A stretch of 64,000 bases of DNA, from NCBI GenBank assembly GCA_013265495.1, contig MU057724.1, positions 1,379,102 to 1,443,101 on the forward strand, in the 5' to 3' direction. Every line of letters starts with the position of its first letter. Positions within the stretch are counted from its first letter, which is position 1. This DNA comes from Vicugna vicugna. Taxonomy: Eukaryota. Under the pieces are notes generated by a model. That model searched no databases. It was not told the origin of the DNA and was given only the letters and a program-made list of their open reading frames with translations. The position numbers were made by a program, and so were the translations under genes. Shown piece after piece: positions 37,640 to 49,810 of the stretch.

Positions 37640-38660
37640 GCGACGACCCACATACTTGCACAGAGAACACCTGACGAAGCGCCTCCCTGGGAAACCACCA
37701 GGGGGCGTCTGACGGGGGGGGTCGCACCTTCTTCAACGTGTAAGAGACAAACTCAGCCTGCAAGCCGGCATCACGCTCACCCACGCGCCCGATGTCCCAC
37801 CGGAACCGGGGACCAGGCAGGAACGGGCACGTCGGCTCAGACGGCAGAGCGGGCGGCGCCCAGTGCCCCTCCCGCTGCAGAACCACCGCGGGGCGAGCAA
37901 GCGAAGTCCGTGAGAAGCGCGTGTGCGGAGCCGGGAACCAGCCGGCGTCACAGCAGCGAGGTGCCGCCTGCGCGGGAGGAGGCGGGGGCAGCCGGCGGCC
38001 CTGCAGCTCCGGCCCGTTCCCCGCCCCGGGAGGCGCCGCGGCCCGGCTGCCCGGCTGTGCAGGGCGCGGAGGGCGCCCTGTTCCCGGGGGGCGCGCCGCC
38101 CGCGGCCCCGGCCCGCCGGCTGCTCTCGGGGCGGAGGCCCCGCGGGAGGCGCCTAACGAGGTGCTGCTGCCGCCGCCTGGAACGGGGACGGCTCGGGACC
38201 GAACAGAGCTGCCCAGAGCCTTTGAGCGAAAGCTGGGGAGAGAGCGAATTTGGGCACAAGGACTTCACAGTCCTCCTGCGCGTAACAAGGCGCCTGGAAG
38301 GCCAGCCACACGCCCGGGAGAAAAAGTTGAAATCGGGAAGAAGGGGGGAAGGCCCCAGGCTTTCGCCGCCCGCCGAGCCCCAGCCCCGCGTGAGCAGAGG
38401 AGGCCGAGGCCAGAGGAGCCGCCCCGCCCGGCCCAGCGCCGAGGGGCGCCGGGGCGCGCGGCCGGGCGCGCGGCCGGCGGGCGGACCCCGGAGACCACCG
38501 CCGCCTTCTTTCTGTGGCTCTAGACGTTTAAGGGAGTGTGCGTCTTGCCGGTGGCTCACCACAAGCTAAAGGGACGCAAACTCCGGAGACCACACGTGAC
38601 CAAGAATAGTCTTCAAACACTAGCACAGCAACTGCCGCGCACGGCGAAGAACTGCCACGA
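37640..38660. promoter_or_regulatory. CpG island (densest in the window)
   Basis: About 1 kb with very high GC and CpG content, e.g. ggggcgccggggcgcgcggccgggcgcgcggccggcgggcgg. Confidence 0.8.
37695..37709 (+). promoter_or_regulatory. CTCF core motif
   Basis: CCACCAGGGGGCGTC versus consensus CCACCAGGGGGCGC, at the left edge of the CpG island. Confidence 0.55.
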
Positions 38661-39945
38661 GCCTGAAGGCTAGCAATTTGGTTTCCAGATTGACCACATG
38701 TTCGTATTCAGAATGTTCAGGCTCCAACACAAAATTATGAGACAGCCAAAGAAATGTGAAAGTGTAGCCCACTCAGAAGAAAAACAAAAGAATTAACAAA
38801 AATGATCCCTTAACAGGACGAACACGGACTGACTCCACAGATTTTAAACCAGCTGCTCTGTATGCGATCAGAAGCTCCAGGAAACCAGGGACAAAGAACC
38901 AAACGGAACCAAGAGAGTACTGTCTTAGCAAATCGAGAAAATGAATGGAGACAGATTTCATAAAAGGAACCAAACCCAGACCGTGGAGTTGGAAAGTGCA
39001 AAGACTGAAATAAAAATCTCACAGGAGGGGCTGAAGGCAGAGGGAGGACGATCAAAGTTTCGCACAAATTCCGACCAGGAGCCGGCAGGGCAGAGCGAGC
39101 GCAGGTGGGGAAGCACGTGCAGCCTCCCCGCCGGGCACGTGCACACGCGCAGCGAGGGCTTCCGAAGGCGGCGACGGAAGGAAAGGGGCAGGGGACGTTT
39201 GGAGAAACAGGCAGAAAGGGTGTTTGAAGAAATAATGGCCCAGGGTTTCCCCACACGTGAATCTACATGTGGGAAACATAAATTGTTGGAAGTCAAAAAC
39301 ACAGAGGGAATCTTGGAAGCAGCAAGAGGTGATGTGTGGCTGAGACGCTCTCCTCCCTCAGATGAACAGCCAGTTTCTCATCAGAAGCCGCAGAAGACAG
39401 ACGGCAGGGAGAGGAAGCACTTAAAATGCTGAAAGAGAGAAACTGTCAACCAAGAATTCTCTATCCAGCAAAACACCCTCCAAAAAGGGAGGAGGAGTTA
39501 GGACGTTTCCAGACACACAGACGCCGAGAGCTCTGCCCTGAGAGAAACGCTGATGGGAGCCTGTTGTGGTGAAAGGAGGCCACTAGGAGGCAAAGGGCCC
39601 TGCAAGAGGCGGCCAGAAACGGGGACACAAGGACTGCTACCTCTGCACTTTTGGTCTGTGAGTCCTCTGTTTCCCCCTCCGCGATTTTAAAAACGAATGT
39701 ATGCAAAACAATGATGAATCTATGACAATAGGCACAGAATGTGTAAAAAATAATTTGTGGTAACAACATAAAGGCGGAGGAATGGAGCTGAATCGGAGAT
39801 GAGTTTTAGCATAAAACTGAAGCTCTAGGTTGATCGTTTAACTGCATTGTTATAAATTGAAGACATTAACTGCCATCCCAAGGGTAAGCGGTAGGAACAG
39901 AGCTTTAAGAATGAACAGAAATGGAAATGAAAACGGAACCAGGTG
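37825..39945 (+). mobile_element. Ancient L1 (L1M4/L1MB-type) 5'UTR, ORF1 and inter-ORF region
   Basis: ORF1 remnants: AERVFEEIMAQGFP and KNTEGILEAAR (ORF 38941..39432) and MLKERNCQPRILYPAK at 39426-39473. Upstream, attcagaatgttcaggctccaacacaaaattatgagacagccaaagaaa and tggctctagacgtttaaggga match my recall of the L1M4-type 5' end. Confidence 0.85.
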
Positions 39946-39989
39946 GAGAGACGCAGAGACCCCACACAAAGGGCCCCCGACAAGGTGGC

Positions 39990-40765
39990 CGCACCCTGGC
40001 CCCCGATGTGGAAGCTCTCCAAAGAGCGCTGCCCTTTAAGGGGTTTGTATTTGGGGTTGGGGTTTTTGTTTTTTTTTGGTTTGGTTTGTTTTTATTCCTT
40101 CTAGTTTTATTGCAGTATAACTGACACACAGTGTACAGCATAATGATTTGACTTACGTACATCATGACGCCCACAGTAAGTTCAGTAAACATCCTTCATC
40201 TCCTATAGGTACAAAATTAAAGGAAAAGAAAAATTACTTTTTCCCTTGTGATGAGAACTCTTAAGAATTGCTCTCTTACTTTCATCTGCAGCGTACTGCA
40301 GTGTTACCTGCATTTATCATGTTGAACATTACATCCCTGGTTCTTATTCATCTTAAAACTGGAAGTTTACCCTGGGGCTTCATGGAGGCTCCATGACTGT
40401 CATGACTGGCTAAGTCACTGGCCAGTGATGCCTGATTCAGAGTTAAGCCCCTCGCTCCTCCTTGGAGCTCCGGGGGTGAGACTGAACGTTCCAGCCCTCT
40501 CTCACACGTCTGCTTCTCCTGACGGCGAGTCCCCAGCCGGGGCAGGATCCAAAGTTCATCTTCATCAACGTACACCCGTAACGGTGGAAACGGACTTGTT
40601 ATAAATAACAAGTCACCCTTTTCACCTTCGTGGTTCTGAAGCAGTTTCAGGAACTGAGGGCAAGAGACCGAATATCACAGCCGAAGACCTGGACCTTGCT
40701 CTTATCCGTCAGAGAATTCCAGGGCCTGGCAGCTGGGAGCCAGGAACTGTGGGTGACAGACCAAT
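39990..40765 (-). mobile_element. MER21-like LTR, interrupted by an L1 insertion
   Basis: ggaagctctcc...ttaagggg [L1] ggggcttcatggaggctccatgac...gacttgttataaataacaag...tttcaggaactgagggcaagagaccgaata...gagccaggaactgtggg. Confidence 0.7.
40050..40372 (-). mobile_element. L1 3'UTR with poly(A) tail (L1MA9-derived/cetartiodactyl type), nested in the MER21-like LTR
   Basis: T-rich tail 40050-40110, then gtgtacagcataatgatttgacttacgtacatcatg...cttgtgatgagaactcttaaga...ttcatcttaaaactggaagttt. Confidence 0.85.
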
Positions 40766-42449
40766 GCCCCTGAGAAGCATCTTCCAGTCATCAGAATGGC
40801 CAGATGTGTGTATCCCCTGTAAACCACGTGCCTCAGAAACCCACTGGCAAAGAGGGTTTCTGGTGATGGAAACAGGCTGGCTACCGTCACGTGCTGAGAG
40901 ACTGAGAGGGAGAGGGCACAGCACGGCTCTCACAACCTTGTGCTCCCACAGAGTGCACGCCGCGAAGCGAGGTCACAGACACAGCACAGCGCTTCGCCCA
41001 CACACAGCTCTGGAGAGCAGGCGGACCTGGGACCCAGCAGTGGTGATGCCCGTGGCCCAGCGCCGCCAGGCTCCCGCACCCGCTCCGCCCTCACTCCCCA
41101 CTGCGGTCCCCTTGGAAGGAAGCTGCGAGACTGTCACCCACATGCCACACAACCACCCATGCAGGAGAAATGATGCGCAGCTTGAAGTTCACTCTCGGTC
41201 ACTCTTACAGATTCGCAGAAGAATGGGACATCATGCACAGGAAGCTAGAAGAACCAACCATCAGAGGTGTCTGTGCACTTTTTAACACTAGACGCTGATG
41301 CTTAGGAAAATAAAATTATCTCTAGACTTGAAAGGAAGCCTTGCATTCTTTCAAGGTGAAAATATGACAAAATAGAGGGTTTTTTTGGTAATGCTCAATG
41401 TTTGTTATTAAAATAAAATGTAACAGCCTGAAAGTGACAATCACCACTCAAGCCATGGTCCACACACCAGCACAGGGTCCCCTCTCCTCCAGCACACCTG
41501 CGTCTCTGATTTTTGTCCAAGACTAATGCCTGTATCTCTAGATGAGCAGATTAAAGGAACGAAAGGAACAGAGAACTTCTGTTTCTCCATTAGTTCCCTG
41601 TACTTTAGAGAACCCTTATAGCCCAGTAATGGTCGCAGATTATTATCTGTTTACTCTTTCCTTTAAAACACTCATATCTGAGAATATGAAATGCCAAGGA
41701 CCCCCTGGTGACACTTTCTTTTGCAGCCCCCACGCTGAAAAAAGTCTCTTTGTCATATCTAGGCCAAATTGCTTCCATTACAGTTGAAGCTAATCTCCTT
41801 CAGTTCCACCTTTAGTGAAAATAGAGGGCAGTTCCCCCAGCACAGTGCTCCTGACACAACTTCATTCCCCTCCAGTCTCTTCTCTCCCTTAGAAACTGTT
41901 TCATTAACTTTTTTCCGTGGAGGCTGCTTTCGCTGCCCTGTCACCCCTACGGATCTGAGCGCGAAGCCCCCTGCCTGCAGGTAGCAGACATCGCAAGTCC
42001 TGACTGGACGACGCAGAGCCTCAGACGGCCTGCGCTCGGCGCCCCGCTCTGCAAACAGTCCGTGTGCAGCTCCGCGCTGTCCAGACACACGGTCACGCAG
42101 CACCTTAAGGCCAGCACTGCGTTGTTTCTCGTTGTCACTTTACTGAGTACTGACGTCTCCGCGCTTTTCCCCAGAGATGGTGCCGACGTAGCCAAGTGTG
42201 TAAGTCGGACTTCACAGCGTGGAGAGGCGAGGAGGCCCGGCCTCGTGGGCGTGGCGGGGCGCACAGGCGGGATCCGGGGCGGGAGGCGTCTGACCCCGAA
42301 TCTGAAATATGTGTAAAATCAGCGACCCGACGTGCGCCGGCTAAGTAGAGGTTCTGCACGCGCACCGCGGTGCACTAGTCCTGGGGGGACGCGTGGGCCG
42401 AAGGTAAAGCGGCTCGTGCCCCCGACCGCCCCTTTGGAAGCCCGCAGGT

Positions 42450-42790
42450 CGCTCTGAGAGCAGCCTTTCCGCGTGTCCCTCTGATGCACACACAGACCAG
42501 CGCTCAGCGCCAGAACCACGAGGGACCCTCCGCAGGCCGCCGGGGCGCGCACGCCCCGTGGGACCCCATCCTCTGCCCCAGCCGACCTGTCCTCCCTGAA
42601 ATCTGACCTGCGTCCCTCCACCCCGGGGGGCCGCGGGCTCTGTGGGCTCCCGTCCCCGCGCTGCCGAAGGGACGTTGTCTCCATCGCAAACCGGGAGCCG
42701 CTGCTGAGCTGAGCCTGCGTCTTCCTCTCCCCTGGGGTGAGCAGCGCTGTGCCGTCAGGCCTCTGCTTCTTCGGCGCTCTGTCCCGCCCT
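42450..42790 (-). mobile_element. Ancient L1ME-type 5'UTR remnant, CpG-rich
   Basis: accagcgctcagcgccagaaccacgagggaccctccgcagg...gccgcgggctctgtgggctcccgtccccgcgctgc resembles my recall of the antisense L1MEf/g 5' end. Confidence 0.5.
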
Positions 42791-44872
42791 GCTCAGAGCC
42801 GCAAGCCCCTTGACTTCTTCTCTACAAAGTTTTAAACTCGCCCTTCTCTGCATGTTCTCTTTCCTTTAAGCCATATTCCATTATGTTTACTTGTTTTTGT
42901 GTTCCTGATATTTTTTCTTCAGCCTGAAATGTGTTTTTCATTTCCGGTTCTGTCTGAAATATTTTATTTTATTCCTGAGTTTTTCTAATTTTGCTGGGCT
43001 TTATTTCTTCCCTCATTTCCTCGGTGCATTCCACCCAGCACGTTTTGAAGCAGCCGGTGACATTTAACCTGCCTTATGGGAGCGTCTGTCTGGCATTCCC
43101 TCGTTGCCGGCACTCTGCCGCTGTCATTCTTAATGGCTCTGGGTGGAATTAGATGTTGACATGTTCCTGCGCCTCACGGTTTACATAAAATTAGTTCTCC
43201 TGAAGTCAGCGTGAGGCCATACTTAGTATAGCTTTTTTAACTTCTTAGAGCCTCTCTGCCACTGTTTTTATTTATTGTTTCCTGTTGGCGCACAGCCAGT
43301 CACCACGTGCCAGTTTCTGGTCCCAGCATCGTGTCCCAGCCGTGCACACGTGTACACACATACTCGTTTTCATGTTCTCTCTCGTTAGCGGTTGTTACAG
43401 TGCCCTGCGTCTGCCGCTGTTTTCTCGTCTGTTTTCGAGGTTCCCCGGAACTGTCTCCTCCATTAGTTTATCCAGGACTTTGCTTCCTTTTGTTTTAATA
43501 TCCCAGTCCTGCTCAACTTTGTTTCCCCCTTGAGTCCTCTCCCCTCGGTGTGGGACTTGAAACCGGTCAGTTGTCAGAGGTCACAGGCGTCCTAGAGCGC
43601 AGGCCCGTCAGTCCTTGCCACGTTGGGCCATTGGGCTCAGCTTTACGCTTGGCCAAAGTCGTCCGAGCGGCAGCTGCGGTGCCGGCCCCACTGTAGCTGG
43701 CCACCTGCGGGCCTTTGTTCTCGGTTTATCATCCATCTCACGGCTTCCTTGTGATGCTTTCTGCCCAGACGCTGGCAGCACTCAGATGTGAAGCCTGGGG
43801 GCGGGTCCCTTCATCCACTCGTCCTTTGTGGTTTGTGACGATACCTTGTCACTTAAGTTCTGAATTAGAGATTCAAGGAAACCAGACAAAAATCATGCCA
43901 GCATGACTGGCGTCATCTGAAGAGACTGCCTCCGCACTGTCGTCTCCTGTCGGCCTTCGCTCTGCCTTTAAAACAGGGAGCTCACTGGGGCCACGGATGA
44001 CCTTCAGCCCAAATCACTTCCTAAGTGGCTGCCTCGATCCTCATGGCTCCTCTTTTTCTGTAGCTGCAGGTGTCTCTCACTTTATTTCGCTGTTGTTACT
44101 TAAATGTGTCTGTACCCAGTACCCTTACGTTCGCGGGAAATTCACTAAGAACTGGCACAGTGGTGTGGTGCCCAGACGTGAACTTGGTGACCAGAGCACC
44201 CCTCACCTGAGTGGACGTCGTCACCAAAACCTAGAAAATATGTGAATCAGCAAGTCAGGGTGAAGAAACACATGAAGGAAACGGTGAGTTTAGCAAAATG
44301 GGGAAGTAATCTAAGGAAGTCCCGAAAACACCGTTACTCCGGGTGGCAGAAAGGGGGCATTAGGACTCAAAACCCCAGGGAGCCCTTCGGGCGGCCCAGC
44401 TGGAGGAGACCGAAGTCATGTTTAAACTGGCTCGTGCTTCTTACCACCCCCGGGGCGACGGTCACCCGTGAACACGCCACTGACAGCTGGCCGTGAGAGG
44501 AGCACTTTCGTTTACAAACATTCTCAGGGCTCTCTCTTTAAATGTACCTGTGTGGAGCTGCAAAGCGCTGCAGCGCGCACGGGGAAGCGCGCACACGCTC
44601 GGGCTTCTCCGGACCCCTCCGTCGTCCTGTGACGGACTCTGTGCCGCTGTTAAGCCGTCTGTGCTTGGTCTGCCGGCCGGGCAGGCCCGCGCCTCGTCCG
44701 TGGTTTCCTATCTAGTACCCAGGAAAATAGGCCATCCTATAAAGTCATCGTATAAAAATCCCAGACTCACATACCAGGCCTGTCGTAAAACCAATTAATT
44801 AGTCTGGCAGCAGGAGAACGGAGGCGCCCGCTAAAAGCCAGGAGCCGTAACCCAGCCCGTGACCAGACTGTG

Positions 44873-44887
44873 AGCGCCACCTGGAGG
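44873..44887 (-). promoter_or_regulatory. CTCF core motif
   Basis: Reverse complement CCTCCAGGTGGCGCT, one mismatch from CCACCAGGTGGCGCT. Confidence 0.4.
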
Positions 44888-47180
44888 CTTCCTTTGCTTC
44901 AGGGCAACTGCACTGATTTCCTTCTCCAGGAGCGTGATCAGCAGGCCCGGGGAAGGCTGCGGGACCCTGGCGCGTGGTGGGAAGGGTCAGGCAGGCGTGA
45001 AGGAAGAAAGCTCACCAGATCTGTGCTCATCAGATACCATCTGTCTGCACGACGCCCAGCCTCGGTCGACTTCACAAACCTTGGCCGATGGGAGCTGCAC
45101 GACACGGGCCCTGCTGCGGGGTCAGCCCCTGAGCTCCGTCCCTCGTGACCGCCCCTTCCCCTCCTCAAAGCCTGTCGCCTCTTCCCCAGACAGGGTGGGC
45201 TTCCCTGCGACCCGCCCGACAGACAATGTCGGCCTGCAGGCGTCTGGCTGTCACATTGTCACGCATGGCAGGGATCTTCTCTAATCAAGTACATTTCTGG
45301 CAAGAGGTCAGCTTTCCCGGAAGATGAGCTTTGAAGCCAAAAGGGCTTGACCCCTTCCTTTGTTGGAATACTACCCACCTCCTCCCATGAGGGTGAGAGT
45401 CCGGAGCCACGTGGGGACCCCTGGGTAAGGCAGCACCGCAGAACATCCGCCTCCCCGGGCATCTCCCCGCGTCACCATTTTGCAGCTTACGGCCTGGGAA
45501 ACAGCCATGAGCCCTCTAGTCTCTAATGAAAAAACGCAACTTTCTGTGAGGCAGAAGGAGGTGGCATGATGGGAGAGAAGAGGTAACAAAAAGGTAAGAA
45601 GATGACAATCAAATGTTGGCTTATAACTTATCCCTGGTCCAGGAGGATGCACACGGGTAGAAAACTGGACCGTGGGAGCCCAGCGCAGGGCAGGAATGTG
45701 AGGGTCTGTGGCAGCGGGGGCGCGACACCAGCGTCCCGTGCACAGTGGTTCAGTGCGACCACACCACCCACAGTGGGGCGGGCGGGAGCCCAGAGAACCT
45801 CAGCTTACAGGCCGTGTCTGACCTGCAGTGAGAGGCGGAACGTGGCTTCTCCCTAATGAGGCGCAGTGATGGAGCAGCCCGTGCTGCTGCGCTGGGGGAG
45901 ACTGTATGTGCCCAGAATAAATATATTGCCCTATGTTCAAGTCAGAGAGCAGCCAGCCTTGGAGAGGGCCCTTGTTTAAAAGTTGAACAAAACAGGCTGT
46001 GACCTTGGAATAACCTTAATTCTGGGCCCAAATTCAAAATGCTAACTAAAGACCCTACTTAGCCAATGTTAATTATTAAATTAAAAAAACTTACAGGAGA
46101 ATAATGGTTTTCATTAAATGTATTCATTTAAATTATTTATTATGCGCCTAGTTTTACGGTGTGTGTCGAAGGGGCACATTTACTTTTGGTCATAAAAACA
46201 TGACAAAGGCAAAGATACCAGAGAGTGTGAAGATACATCAATTCACAAGGGCTGACCCGAGAGTCGGCACAAGTCTTGGAAAAGATATTTCTGTTCCACA
46301 GTAAAACAAAAAATAAAATGAGATTTAACTTAATTTTATAACAAAGTTAAAAATATCTAAAATGTTACTTTCATTCTGAGATTGTCATTTCAACATTTTT
46401 CAGAATGCCTGTCTGTACACAGTGTCTTGTGCAAACTGTAGATCAGAAACGACTCACAGTGAGAAGGGAAGTGGGCGTGTCCTCTGCGGGCGGAACCAGG
46501 TGAGTTCTAGTCCATATTGTGACACGTCACTGAACTTAAACACGGCCTGTAAGTTAGACAGCAGCAGTTTGTCAGTGTTAAATTTCCTTATTATACTCAT
46601 TGTGCAGAGGCCATAGAAGCCGAACATTCAGGATTGAAATTATATGTTAATGTAGAACACGTGTGGTTGTCAAATTTGAAGTTCAATTTTTTCTTTACCT
46701 TAAAATTGAACAAATAAAATATTAAATATAAATAAATATAAAATAAATGAGTATTATATAGGTCAATATTAAATATTAAATAAGTTTAAATTTATAAACA
46801 AATATTACTTAAAATGAGTAATTCCAGTATGAGGGATTTATGTTAGGAAGGATTTAATTTGAAAAAAATTGCAAATATAAATCATAATTGCAAAAAATTA
46901 TAATCTTTCTGCATGTCTGAACTTTGGGAAAGCTTAAATAAATCTAACTTCATTCAGATATTAGTTATTTATAAGGAATTTGTGAAACATGATAAAGACA
47001 TGTTCGATTCAGTTTCATGGAAAAAGCAAGATACAGCTTGCTTTAAACTGTTTAAGAAGCAAAACCCAGCAATAAGCCACACCAGACTACAAATGCCAGT
47101 TACACTTCCGTGTCTTTAAAGACTTCTCTCCAGGAGTCAGCGCCCTGGCGCTTTCCGGCTGGAGCTGCGGGCGGAGCCCG

Positions 47181-47299
47181 AGCAGGGCTCTGGCTCCACC
47201 CTCTGCAGGACCACCCCCCACCAGCAGGGCTCTGGCTCCGCCCTCTGCAGGACCCCCCCCCCCACCAGCAGGGCTCCGGCTCCTCCCTCTGCAGGACCC
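47181..47299. repeat. GC-rich minisatellite, about 2.8 x 42-44 bp
   Basis: AGCAGGGCTCYGGCTCCNCCCTCTGCAGGACC(C-run)ACC units starting at 47181, 47223 and 47267. Confidence 0.93.
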
Positions 47300-47894
47300 T
47301 GTGCCGCTTCTGAGGCTGAATTTGATTTACAAACTCGCGCTGCCTGGTTCTCCAAACCCCTCAGGGCGGCGAAGACACGTCTCTCTGAGAGGATGAGTTC
47401 CCGTAATAAGACCCGACCAGACCTGCCCCCCCACTGGGGCTCAGGGCCACGGCAGGCCCTGCCAGGACCCAGACAGGGCCCCGCGGGGACGGGCAGAGCC
47501 CCGGGCCCCGCGCCCGGAACCAGGGCCGCTGCCTGCGCAATGGTCACAACCACCGGCGTCCCCACGGGCCAGCCCGCTGTCCACACAGTGCTGCTTGACG
47601 TCTGGAGTTCTAATTATCTCCCCAAATGACTCAAAACAGACCTAATGTCCCCTGGACAAAAGCTGCTTTCTCTCTCTCTCTCGTTCAGACATCTCAGTTA
47701 CTTCTGATGAAGAGTCAGAACCCAAAAAATGAGGAATAAATATCTCCTCATGGAAAATCCAAGACTGCCAGATAAACCAAAAACAACTCGTTGGGAAAGT
47801 GTAGGGGCCGGAGCACCGTGGGAGACAAAAGAAAACAAGGTTTACTCTTTCCTAACCCCACCTGCCGCACTGCAGCTGTCTCTCTTTCTGCCTC

Positions 47895-47980
47895 GTGTGT
47901 GTGCGTATGTGTGTACGTGTGCACGTGTGTGCGTGTGTACATGCATGTTTGAACGTGTGTGCGTGTGTGTGTGCACGTGC
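47895..47980. repeat. Degenerate (TG/CG)n simple repeat
   Basis: gtgtgtgtgcgtatgtgtgtacgtgtgcacgtgtgtgcgtgtgtacatgc... Confidence 0.85.
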
Positions 47981-49719
47981 ATTAGACCGGCATTGCCATG
48001 GTCAGGGTCAAGCAGATGGTCTAACTCTGAAGTTACCTGTGGTGCCACGCAGAAAATCCATGAACGGAAAGCCACTGCCGTGCCCTGAGAATGTTTAAAA
48101 GCCAACTTCGCTAAGAGGCCCCTGGGGAAATAACAAAGCAGCCACTCATTTGAAATCTCGCGGGAGAGGAGAGAGGAAGAGGCCCCAGGACAGCGTCAGA
48201 GGCCGAGGCGACAGAAGAGATGTCCCAGCTTTGTGGGCGGCAGTGCAGTCAGGGCCTGAGGTGCTGTGTCTCGGGTGAGAGCTGCTGGGGGTGCCAATCA
48301 CAGAGGCAGCTACTCATCACGGGGGCACAGCCGGGAACGAGGCTAGCCTGGCTTCTGCTACAGCCTCTTGCAGTTTTGATTATGGCAGAAAATGGCACCG
48401 TTTATCTTCCTCACCACTTTTAGGAAAGAGCCTGGGGTTTGGTTCCTAGAAACCAACCTAGAAGAGATGACAGTAACTTACGAGGGAACAGGAGTCTAAC
48501 CAGGTTAGAGAAGGGTCCAGACGAGACTCAGGACGTGTACGGTATTTCTGCAAGAATGTAAAACACCACGCCCACTCCTCTGGGTGGGCACTATCTGCGG
48601 TGACTGGGGCACCGAGCCGCAGAAATGTTTTAATGCAGAGTCATAAGTGGTCAAACCTAACATTGAACATATTAAGTTAAAGTGCCACATGTGAATTCTT
48701 TAATATGAAATCTTGAACTTGTTACACACGGGTCCTGGCTAGCAGGAACGTCACGCCTGACTGACACGAGCAGGGGGGCTTTGGACCAGGAACACACCGG
48801 GCAGTGGCTAGGCTCCCACTTAGGGTGGGGGTTCTCTTGTTGACTCAGGCTGACTTCGATTACCTTTCACACGGAATTTTTTTCCCCAGAAACTGCTATT
48901 ATAGAAAGTACCATGAGAAATGAATTTTCTTGTTGGACACCAGTTTTTATCAGCATTTCACAGTTTGGAAATCTAATTGCATGTTTCGGGGCTGTGTGCA
49001 GGCAACTGCTCCCTTTGTACAGTGTTTGAACACAAAATCAATGCTGCTTGTATTTTAAAGAAGCAAATGAAAAGTAACTAAAAAAGACAACATTCGTTCA
49101 GCAAAATTAGATCCTGCATTTGCCACCAGCCCAAGGCCATCACCCCTCTTGTGCCCTCGCTCATTAAATCCGATGCACTAATTAACCCCGAAACAGGCGT
49201 GGAGAGGCCCTGGGTTTGGCACAACTGGCCTCCCTGAGCTCCTCTGTCCTCACCACCAGCCTCCCCTCCGCTAGTCCACTAGCTCCTCTCAGAGGCCCGT
49301 GATCAAGTCTCTGCCCTGAACAGACAGAAGAAACAGGCTCCCTCCATGCCCTTGAACTTTCTCGCCCAGGGCTCCTCTCTGGGGGATTTCTTCTCGGAAG
49401 CACAGTCTGTGTCCGCCATCATCCACATCACAGTCCAGTCCACCTCTATGTCTGTCCCTACCACGTCCTGACACCTGTTTTGCAAAAGTCACCGATGAGG
49501 TTATGAACATGGGTGCAGTGGAAATGTTCTGTCACAATGTTATTTTTATTATCCTCACGGTTGGCCGTATCCAGCTCGAACTCTGCTACATGCTGAATAC
49601 TTTATTCCCCTGACGTGGTTTGACTTCCACAACAACGTGTGCTGATTAACATATTTTACTTACGGACAAGTGGCGCTCACAGAGATGCATAAGGTGGTGG
49701 AAGCGTTCTGGGCGACTCT

Positions 49720-49810
49720 GCAGAGATGGAGATGTCACCATCCTTTGGTCCAAACCCACAGAATGTACAGCACCAAGTGAACCCTGATGTAAACCATGGA
49801 CTCATTAAAA
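49720..49810 (+). mobile_element. L1MC-like 3' fragment
   Basis: gtccaaacccacagaatgtacagcaccaagtgaaccctgatgtaaaccatggact; 49751-49790 aligns without gaps to 22061-22100. Confidence 0.8.

Noticed and set aside
37589..38569. 326-aa ORF and overlapping 243- and 204-aa ORFs
   Set aside because: Ala/Arg/Pro/Gly-rich and open in several frames on both strands; explained by stop-codon depletion in the GC-rich, L1-derived island. No recognisable domain.
38941..39600. Functional or domesticated L1 ORF1p (L1TD1-like)
   Set aside because: Frameshifts and deletions split the coiled-coil, RRM and CTD motifs across frames.
42860..43900. Possible HAL1 or old L1 antisense remnant
   Set aside because: The T-rich texture is suggestive, but I could not anchor it to a specific consensus.
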